From NCBI RefSeq assembly GCF_964355755.1, contig NC_092677.1:82001-146000 (forward strand): DNA of 64,000 nucleotides, in the 5' to 3' direction. This stretch comes from Antedon mediterranea. Lineage: Eukaryota > Animalia > Echinodermata. Under the pieces are notes generated by a model. That model had not been told where the DNA came from. It ran no database searches and worked only from the letters and a program-made list of their open reading frames with translations. Made by a program: the position numbers and the translations under genes. Shown one piece after another: positions 56,601 through 64,000 of this stretch; position 1 is the stretch's first letter; each line of letters begins with the position of its first letter.

Positions 56601-59600
56601 GTGATTGCAGAGAACATACAACAGTTACTGTATATGCCTTTTTAAAGGTTGTCATCCCCTATATAAAAACAAAACTACCAACCATGAAAAAAGTTCATTA
56701 TTTCACAGATGGATGTGGCGGCCAATACAAAAACAAATATTACTTTATTAACCTTTGCCACTACCAGGAAGATTTTGGTTTAGACGCCGAGTGGAATTTT
56801 TTCGCTACATCACATGGCAAGAGTGCGTGTGATGGCATAGGTGGAACAGTTAAGAGGCTTGTCACTAAGAGAAGCTTACAGCGTTTGACTGAATGTCATA
56901 TTATCACATCTCTCAGTATGTTCGACTACTGTGTAATTTTTTATTTCTATTTTATGTCTTTAGGCAATGTGGCCAAGGATTATCAATAGTGAATTAGTCA
57001 CTGTCCTATCAGATAGGTGGTAATCCCCCTGATACAGGGGCTATTGTGTGAACCAGTTCACCGGGGTAACCCCCTACTCTTTTTCGAATAATGAACTGGG
57101 TCCTTTAAAGTACACACATGTTATAACTGTGTACACTGGACTATGGTTTATAGTCCTTATCCGAGAAGACTTGAAGAGAGGAGCGAGTCGGCCTCGAACC
57201 CTTGCCGATGTTGTTGTCTTTTAGGTACGGTAAACGGCGCCCCTGCCTTAACCGCTCGGCCATATGACTCGCTCATATGGACATTCCAGGCATCAACTTT
57301 TTTCATGTGGGAATAGATGAGGTATCTACTGTAGAAAAAGAAATAAAGCCGAGATTCAACCTCGCCCAGACCATCAAGGGTACATTACAATATCATCGCT
57401 TTGTTCCCGTTTCTCTGGCACAGATGCAGGTCTACAAACTTAGTACCCAGATAAACCCTCCGGATGTGGTAGTGATTCAAGAATCTTTCAGTGATGAAAA
57501 TGAAATTGTTGCTGATACACAACCCACCATTATTAGACTTCAGAATTTTGTGTGCTGTAGTTATGATGGTGTCCCATGGATTGGTTTGGTGGTGGATGTC
57601 TCACTCTCAGAAGAGTTTGGGGATTTTCAAATTAAATTTATGCATCCTCATGGGTCAGCGAAAACCTTTTATTGGCCGTCCAAAGAAGACTGTTGTTGGA
57701 TTCCTGAATCAAATGTACATTGTATTATAGCCTCTCCGTTTATAAAATCCTCTCCGTTTATAAAATCCTCTTCGACTAGGAATTACAGTATTTCCCAAAA
57801 TGATCGCCACAACATTTCTAAATACTGTTTGAATTGTCCAGATGACAAGGAGTAAAGGCCAGACATAGACAATTGTAACATTATAATAATATTTAGTTTG
57901 TAAATAAAATTAATTTTGGAATACATCAAATTGACATTGAAGTAATGCATGGACAGACACCAAAAATACACTAAAAGGAAGAGGTATGTCAACTTCAAAT
58001 TGTAATTTCATGGAAACAAAGAAAAAAACCCCTCCAATTTTTGTATATGTTGTAGTTGACACGTAGGGCTACATTTTTCATGATAGTCACCAACAAAACG
58101 GGCGTGTTCCACGGGGTCAATTTCAAGGTCAAAATATATGTCAAAGTTTTATTCAACTTAAAATTAACATAAAACACACACAATTAGTATATTTAGATTC
58201 CTTATGGTCTCCCCTTTACAAAAATACCTTTGCTTTTAAAATCGAACCTATAGTTCCCGAGATACAGCTCTTTGAAACGTGGCGGACGCGCCCTTTTTTG
58301 CGTAAAAACCGAAAATTGAAATTGCGATATCTTGAAAACCGTTGGTCCGATAAAGTTAAAATTTGAAATTTTGGCTTTAATTGCTATGAATCACCCATAT
58401 ACCAAATTTCATCAAAATTGGAAGAGGTAGGGTTTAACTCATTGGGTGATCTGAGATGGAATGACCCTCAAATCAGTTTCCCATTCTTTATAATAAATTG
58501 CAAATAAAATAATCATTTATAAAGATAACGTGAATACTTACCATTCCTGATCGAGCAATAACTGGCAATGGTAAAGTGTCACCACTTAGACTGGCAAGTA
58601 GTGGGCTATTGTACGAAGCACCATCATAAACAAACACAAAATCATACGAACACTCTGTTTCAAATTGGTTGAAGTGCAGAACAATATACGACCTGGGATC
58701 AGCAGCTACAAAATAATATATGTTTTGAAACATTGTAACTATTAGACTTCTATACTTAACCTATTTCCAGATAAACCTTTTTAACCTAATATTAACCAAC
58801 TTTAAAATCATGGGCAAAGGGGTTACTCACTCCTGGGGGTTTAAAATTAAATCATTAATCGGTGATTGAAATATAGTGCGACAGATACATACATGCCAAC
58901 ATCTGAAGTTTAAAAAACAGGAGATGGTGTTTTTTTAAGTTAACAGCACCCTCTATCTATTATCGAGAAGTAAGGGCAGGGAAAAATTTCATTTTGTAAT
59001 TTTGTTTAGCAAAATTGCTAATCAAACTGATTTTTGAGTCAAGAAACATAGTTTTGTATTGTATTTTTTGCTACATAATTTTAGAAATGTGTAGCAATAT
59101 TGTTGTTTTGTATAGCTTTTTGCTATGCTACACTGGCGAAATTATTCCCTGAAGGGGTGCAGGTGTGACGTCACAAGTGGTATTGCAAGGTGGCTATGTG
59201 ATGGGAATCCCTTTCCGTTGAGAAAAAATCTAAAAATTATGACCGCAGATGGTCGTACAATGGCTTAAATATCGTATAATATGCTTGTGTTACACTTTTT
59301 GCTAAATTTTAATGCAAAAAACAATATACTTATAACAATGTAAAAAATGGGAGCAAAATATAAATCCGCTAGACGAGTCTAAAAATAAATACGGGAGTCT
59401 CCCGGCCAAAAGAGGATTGTTGGCATGTATACAAATATTTAAAACCCAAACAAAACTGTACCACACACAGGAGGCCGATAATCGATATTACTGAACAAAA
59501 TAACAATAATTTAATAACGCATATTTTTAACTGCAAATATGACAACAATATATAGTTATGTTACCTGTAAACAATGTTTCTTTACTTAGCGCAAAATATA

Positions 59601-59851
59601 CATAATCACTAGGCCAAGGCTAGAGTATACAGTATATAATTAGTGTTTGATTTTACTGTATGCTCACCTTTGATTAACCATTCACAGTGATCGATTTGTT
59701 TGTAGGGCTGGTCAAGCCCATCTGTAATGATTCCAGACGTATCATTATTGAATACAACCCGTCCTCGATCCCTACATTTACCAGCATTTCCATTTACAAT
59801 AGAAAAACTTATAACTAATAAGATAAAAATATATATAAATCTTAGGCCCAT
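23647..59851 (-). CDS. MEGF8: Multiple EGF-like domains protein 8, ~41 coding exons (e.g. 59668-59851, 58542-58705, 55570-55791, 54649-54865, 49558-49801, 47935-48039, 46808-47029, 46236-46393, 45675-45887, 34607-34838, 33053-33242, 28139-28335, 26443-26849, 24072-24931, 23647-23907)
   Basis: Signal peptide MGLRFIYIFILLVISFSIVNG; CUB (CEWLI, FETECSYDFVFVYDGASYNSPLLASLSG); EGF, kelch, PSI and laminin-EGF repeats; a second CUB and kelch set; TM segment HIDLFVFFSVFFSSFFILLSLCVVVWKIK; SRPF cytoplasmic motif. Domain order matches MEGF8 rather than attractin. Confidence 0.93.
27112..27609. repeat. 83-bp intronic minisatellite, 6 copies
   Basis: AGCCTAATAAGGGTGTGTGG.. at 27112, 27195, 27278, 27361, 27444 and 27527. 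Confidence 0.95.
27875..28066. repeat. ~64-bp intronic repeat, 3 copies, abutting the acceptor at 27870
   Basis: TAAAAGTTAAATGATCACACTGTTTAGATAAGTAGAATTAATGAA occurs three times. Confidence 0.92.
28530..29065. repeat. 36-bp intronic minisatellite, ~15 copies
   Basis: ACATGTAAAACAAGTGATACATCTATACCTGATAAA repeated without visible variation. Confidence 0.97.
29042..30587. repeat. 80-82-bp intronic minisatellite, ~19 copies, sharing a 25-bp core with the adjacent 36-bp array
   Basis: Unit CACAAGTGATACATCTATACCTGATATGTTTT(T)ATCCTGTATAAATAGGTTTAAATAAATAAAATAAGTAAATAATCATTGT. Confidence 0.97.
32695..33025. repeat. ~63-bp intronic minisatellite, ~5 copies
   Basis: CCATGTAAGCACAACATACAAGGACTAC..ATACAGTATGTAGCAACACCACTTTAAGAACC repeated. 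Confidence 0.93.
34805..38513 (-). repeat. 57-bp minisatellite, 65 copies, each spanning the MEGF8 3' splice acceptor and first 34 nt of the exon
   Basis: Minus-strand unit CTTATTCATTATTTTAATTGTAG|GAATGGTGGGTCCTGTTACATACCATGTAGTGGA; the proximal copy continues into unique exon sequence (CGAATTCTT..). Confidence 0.95.
38626..45620. repeat. 66-bp intronic satellite, ~106 copies
   Basis: CATTACAGTTCTATTCTTCTT(C/G)CTACCTACTGTATGGCCCTGACTAATACATTGTA(C/G)AGTAAGTCT; source of the 706-aa and 1623-aa spurious ORFs. Confidence 0.98.
46035..46159 (+). repeat. ~47-bp repeat x2.5 containing short interstitial (TTAGGG)n
   Basis: TATTGAAGTTGGTGGTTAAGGGTCCTGGGTTAGGGTTAGGGTTAGGT repeated. Confidence 0.85.
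47113..47964 (-). repeat. 50-bp minisatellite, 17 copies, each spanning a MEGF8 exon end and 5' splice donor
   Basis: Minus-strand unit TACTGATCCTACTAACTACTTGGTTG(G/C)CAA|GTAAGTTTCTCTCACTCTAT; donors every 50 bp from 47934 to 47134. Confidence 0.95.
48080..48694. repeat. 18-bp minisatellite (TTAAGACTGATCTTAATG) interrupted by a SINE
   Basis: Units at 48080-48316 and 48641-48694. Confidence 0.9.
48317..48639 (-). mobile_element. tRNA-derived CORE-type SINE with L2-like tail
   Basis: Head GAGGGCGTGTGGCGCAGTG..GGTTCGAATCC (A and B boxes); CORE-like GGCAAGATACTTTAC..TGCCTCTCTCCACCCAGGTGTATAAATGGG; tail GTAAAGCGCCTTTGAG..GGCGCTATATAAAT(TAT)n. Confidence 0.85.
49279..49608 (-). repeat. ~64-70-bp repeat, 5 copies, each spanning a MEGF8 exon end and donor
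   Basis: TGTGTCAATTGTGACTACCATATTAGTTGTCAATCTTGTACTCAG|GTAACTAATAT (encodes CVNCDYHISCQSCTQ) repeated; the in-frame exon ends at 49558. Confidence 0.92.
49882..50786. repeat. ~71-77-bp intronic minisatellite, ~12 copies
   Basis: GTTTACAGTGTATGGTACTGTTAAATGCTACATACAGATATAGTATACATGTAGTAGTAGATTAGGCTATACA with small indels. Confidence 0.95.
53933..54554. mobile_element. Kolobok-like non-autonomous DNA transposon
   Basis: 15-bp TIR AGACACCTTCCCTAC / GTAGGGAAGGTGTCT with TTAA TSD on both sides; AG..CT termini fit Kolobok better than piggyBac (CC..GG). Confidence 0.8.
56576..57855 (+). pseudogene. Transposase C-terminal remnant split by a SINE
   Basis: HYFTDGCGGQYKN..EWNFFATSHGKSACDGIGGTVKR (DDE-like motifs) at 56576-56935 resumes as DIPGINFF..FMHPHG..FYWP at 57277. 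Confidence 0.8.
56937..57275 (-). mobile_element. tRNA-derived Deu/Nin-domain-like SINE inserted in the transposase
   Basis: Head TGGCCGAGCGGTTAAGGC..GGTTCGAGGCC; central CTCGGATAAGGACTATAAACC..AAAGAGTAGGGGGTTACCCCGGTG; A-rich tail. Confidence 0.75.
58888..59431. mobile_element. hAT-like MITE (degenerate)
   Basis: TIR ATACATGCCAACA / TGTTGGCATGTAT with an imperfect flanking duplication (CAGATA / CAAATA). Confidence 0.6.
58977..59151. mobile_element. Small nested MITE with 5-bp TSD (hAT5-like)
   Basis: CAGGGAAAAATTTC / GAAATTATTCCCTG with TSD AAGGG (58972-58976, 59152-59156). Confidence 0.7.
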
Positions 59852-61101
59852 TCTGCTACTCCCAACTGAGTTGCAACAACGCGCAGAGAAGCCCTTGAAA
59901 GTCCCTACACCAAGACCATCAAGTCTGGGCCTAGCAGCCTCCACCGCCGTGTTGGGTAACCTCCAACTCTTCCACATTTGTATAGAAATATTACAATTTA
60001 GGCAACATTTTGATTGTTTGTGTTCGCAGTCAATTTCCTCAATATTCCTACTTTCAAGCTCCATGACTTCTAAGCATGTTTATTTCTAAAAATATAGGTA
60101 AAAAGCACAACAATAAATCAGAAGAAACAAAAATCAGCCCAACATGCCCATGATGACGTCATACAAATGGCTTCGTCAAAATAAACAAACCCAGCTGATT
60201 GGTCGATGTTGTCAATTTCTGCTGGGGTGGGCATACAGTGGATTAACTTTGTTCCCTGTGGGCTTTTTGCCGAGTTCATAATGTCTGATTTTCTATAATA
60301 ATGTAAATTAAAGACCTTCACGCATTTCTGTATTGAATTTAATATCTCATATGATAATGTTCCTAATTCCTGGATACCCTTTGGCAGTACATGTACAGCA
60401 GTTTTTTTATACATCAACCCATGTGCGACTCTCAAAATACGATTAAGATGATTATGATTTTAAAATTATAAATCCAGGACGAAGGCAAACTGTAAAAGTG
60501 TCTAAGACTGCTCCTCCTGGGCTGTCAAGGTTTCGGATGTGATCTTTCCAAAATTAACAATTTTATTTTGCAATTTGTTTTATGATCTTGAAAGAATTTC
60601 ATTTAGCTTCGATTTTGTATAGATGACAAATTTCGTTTTTGTAAAAGCACAAGTTAACGGAGTACTTACTCGAACGTTTCGATCTCTATCAGAGATCCTT
60701 CTCAACTGACTGCGGAGTGTTAATGCAGCTTGGTCATTCTTGACGTCATCTGTTGATGACGTTGTACGCCTCCTTTATGATGTTATATGAAGCGAATTCG
60801 ATGTCAGATTAGTGGCAGGGTCATATGAACTTTGGTTGGTGTACGTAACTCTACAAAATAGAACTGTATTGCTTTCTTTGCCAGAGTGTATTCATTGAGC
60901 CAGAGGATGTGACTCGGAGCACAGAGATATTATAGTGAACTTTAATATCTCTATGCTCAGAGAGAAGTTAGAAATATAAAGCAGAACGAAACTGTGGCCG
61001 ACCAGATTGATTTTAAAATAAGTAGATAAGTAGATTTCATATACAGTACAAAGGTTTTAGTAAGTTAATGAACAAAAATGTCATATTCTATACATTTATT
61101 A

Positions 61102-61266
61102 CAATAATATTACACATTTTTGTGTGTCAATGGAAACAAAGCACATTGAGCAGCAGCAGTATGATGATGCTTGTTAGGGTTAACACAACACACAATAATA
61201 TTACACATTTTTGTGTGTCAATGGAAACAAAGCACATTGAGCAGCAGCAGTATGATGATGCTTGTT
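61102..61266. repeat. ~91-bp tandem duplication downstream of the COG8 stop
   Basis: ACAATAATATTACACATTTTTGTGTGTCAATGGAAACAAAGCACATTGAGCAGCAGCAGTATGATGATGCTTGTT occurs twice. Confidence 0.88.
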
Positions 61267-61555
61267 CAATCTGAATTGATACCTAATTGTATAATAAATA
61301 AATATTAACAATACCATTATTTAATTCAATATAATGACCTCATACCAAATTTAACTATATTACAAAATTAATTCTTAATTGCAAAATGCTGCATTTGTTA
61401 GTAGTCTTGTTCTTTCTACAGTGTAGAATACTCATTATTTGTGTTATAAATCTATTCTCTCTCCTGATAACAAGATAGTCAAGAACTTCACACTTATTTT
61501 TATTTTATAATTTTCCTAGAAGTTCACTAATTGTCTTGAAAATAAATAGATTCTT

Positions 61556-61978
61556 TGTTGCCGTTAGAGTACATGTTTCATTCCTTGGTTGCTATTGTAA
61601 GGTCAACTTGTTGCCGTTTGAGTACATGTTTCATTCCTTGGTTGCTATTGTAAGGTCAACTTGTTGCCGTTTGAGTACATGTTTCATTCCTTGGTTGCTA
61701 TTGTAAGGTCAACTTGTTGCCGTTTGAGTACATGTTTCATTCCTTGGTTGCTATTGTAAGGTCAACTTGTTGCCGTTAGAGTACATGTTTCATTCCTTGG
61801 TTGCTATTGTAAGGTCAACTTGTTGCCGTTTGAGTACATGTTTCATTCCTTGGTTGCTATTGTAAGGTCAACTTGTTGCCGTTAGAGTACATGTTTCATT
61901 CCTTGGTTGCTATCGTAAGGTCAACTTGTTGCCGTTAGAGTACATGTTTCATTCCTTGGTTGCTATTGCAAGGTCAAC
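61556..61978 (-). repeat. 53-bp minisatellite, 8 copies, starting at the COG8 stop codon
   Basis: Minus-strand unit AGTTGACCTT(A/G)CAATAGCAACCAAGGAATGAAACATGTACTC(T/A)AACGGCAACA; the first TGA (61974-61976) closes the frame. Confidence 0.92.
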
Positions 61979-63685
61979 TGTTGTTTTACTACTATCTACT
62001 TGTTCTTGTTCATCGCTTGATGTTGGAGTGGTAACATCATCTGTGTATAACAAACAGGAGTATTAGTTTAATGACACACCATACTTATTAGTCTTTTGTT
62101 AAGCATGCTGCTAAGATCAAATCAGTAATCCAAGAGGAATTGTTATCCTAGACTTAATAGCAAAATATCTAATCACCTTCTGTTGGTTCAGTAGGAGGTA
62201 AAAGTTGTCTGATGCCATGTAATACGTCAGCAATATCTATAACACCAATACCACCCTAAGGGAAAAAAACATACAATGTTATATTAGGTACCGCACCTAG
62301 TACAGTAAAACAACTCCTTCAGGACACCGACCCCTATTCAGAGGAAAACCCTATTTAATATTAAGAGGACATTTTCTGGAGAAACGAAAAAGGGAAAATA
62401 TATGTTTTAACACTACTGTCAACCCCTAATCAAAGGACATTGGGTTTTATTAAGGGATTCTAGCATATAAGGACAGCAGACATGTGTAAGTTACATCTCT
62501 ATCACAGACTAGTTTACAAATTTGTTTAATGTGAACATACATAATCTTCTCTGTAATATTAATTGTTACGTCCTTTTGAACAAATTAATTACCATCTTTG
62601 ACAAATCATGGATTGTTACGCCAAGGGTTTGAGCAATGCTACTTGCAGGAAACAATACTTGAAGGCAACGGTTTAAAAATGGAACCATTTCATCACATGC
62701 TGTCTTGCACAGCTTAACAAACAGCGCCCTCTCTTGATCATTAAATGTTGTTTCTTCTGCCCTGTAAATATAGATTTTGTGTTTGTAGTCAACATGCAAA
62801 TGAATAAAACTAAATAACCTGCACCTGATGGTGTTGGTATTTGAGAATGATATAATATGGAATCCAATTATGGATATTCTCACCTGTGATAGGCTACAAT
62901 TGTTTCCATGGCACTTTTAAGCGACCACTGCAGTTGCCTGGCAACATCAGGAGCTAATGCTATTGGTGCACAAGGTCGAAGGTCATTGAATGCTGTTAGA
63001 ATATTATTAGTGTAAACTGCTAAAGGAGTGTACTCTAAAAGGGTCGCAGGAGGTGTCATGTTTTTATCACCCTAAAAAAAGACAAATTATAAATAACTTT
63101 ATTTAATATATGGTAATAGCAAGAGTTTAATTTTGAAGTCATTTCATTTGTCCATCTACTTTATCACAGTAATCTTTAAGTTTACAATTAATATTTCAGG
63201 GTATTAAAAATGCAAGTAAATTCCTACAATATATACCTGTAAAGAGACAGATGAAAAACTAGTAGATGATATTAGAGAAGGACTTGCTATCAGTGTATAC
63301 GACTGCATCACATCAGAAAACCTATGTAAAACCATAAAACAAATAAATAACATATAAAAATGGTTTTTTAAAAAAAATGAATCATAAAATAATACAATCA
63401 ATATTATTATTGGCCTTGATGTAGGTATAATGACAAACATCTTTTTATCAAGGAATAAAGAAAAGTATTCATTAAAACCATCTACCTTTCTGTTGCTTCT
63501 TGTGTCGTATGATAGAATGTTTTTAGAGCTGCTTGTTGAAAGAGAGGAGACAGTAACCCTCTAAAATCTGCTCCAACGCGGCTAAATGATAGCCCAAAAT
63601 ACATACACTGGCCTAATAGAGAGTCCAAACGATTACCTACACCAATATTTAAGTCAATCTCCAACATTTGTAAAAAATTGGAAAC
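61974..63685 (-). CDS. COG8: Conserved oligomeric Golgi complex subunit 8, 3' exons (63486-63685, 63237-63321, 62884-63071, 62593-62761, 62177-62255, 61974-62040); 5' part outside the window
   Basis: LDSLLGQCMYFGLSFSRVGADFRGLL and PPATLLEYTPLAVYTNNILTAFNDLRPCAPIALA are characteristic COG8/Dor1 segments; GT-AG boundaries. Confidence 0.9.
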
Positions 63686-63803
63686 CTAAAAGGAAGTAAA
63701 ATGATCATATTAAATTGATTGATTGTAGTAAATTTGTAATACAGTACAACGATGTGCAACGATTAAAGACACCACAAATAAAAAAACAGTTTTGTCCTTT
63801 TAG

Positions 63804-63906
63804 TGTTAACACTTTCTTTCTATGTTAACACTTTCTTTCTATGTTAACACTTTCTTTCTATGTTAACACTTTCTTTCTATGCTAACACTTTCTTTCTATG
63901 CTAACA
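63804..63906. repeat. 19-bp intronic repeat, ~5 copies
   Basis: TGTTAACACTTTCTTTCTA repeated. Confidence 0.9.
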
Positions 63907-64000
63907 GTTTTCTAATCCTTTTTTTTGGCATATTTGTTTTAAGCTCTGTTTAGACTATCAACTAGTTTGACAAAAAAAAGTGTGATGTGCCCATATAAGG

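Larger units (their letters stand above)
55874..58467 (+). mobile_element. Internally deleted DNA transposon, Sola2-like, with ~0.5-kb TIRs
   Basis: Termini GGGTCATTCCATCTCAG / CTGAGATGGAATGACCC, 4-bp TSD TCAA, inverted similarity 55874-~56405 vs ~57957-58467; carries a transposase remnant. Confidence 0.85.

Overview
AT-rich, intron-rich animal genomic DNA. It is probably an invertebrate deuterostome and looks echinoderm-like, which is an inference from the Ets1/2 sequence and the SINE types. Three spliced genes lie on the minus strand: an Ets1/2 (PNT+ETS) transcription factor (~6.2-14 kb), a complete ~41-exon MEGF8 ortholog (23.6-59.9 kb) and the 3' part of COG8 (62.0-63.7 kb). The very long ORFs in the track at 20.8-22.6, 28.3-29.1 and 34.6-45.6 kb are translations of tandem repeats. 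The introns hold many locus-specific minisatellites, non-autonomous DNA transposons (hAT5-, MULE-, Academ-, Kolobok- and Sola2-like, several nested), tRNA-derived SINEs, LINE tails and minimal hammerhead-like motifs. The most striking observation is that several arrays are amplified copies of functional gene boundaries. In MEGF8 a splice acceptor plus exon start is repeated 65 times, with the 51 proximal units in frame and stop-free. Two splice donors are repeated 17 and 5 times, another acceptor is duplicated, and the COG8 stop-codon region is repeated 8 times. Coordinates were read by eye and may be off by a few bases.
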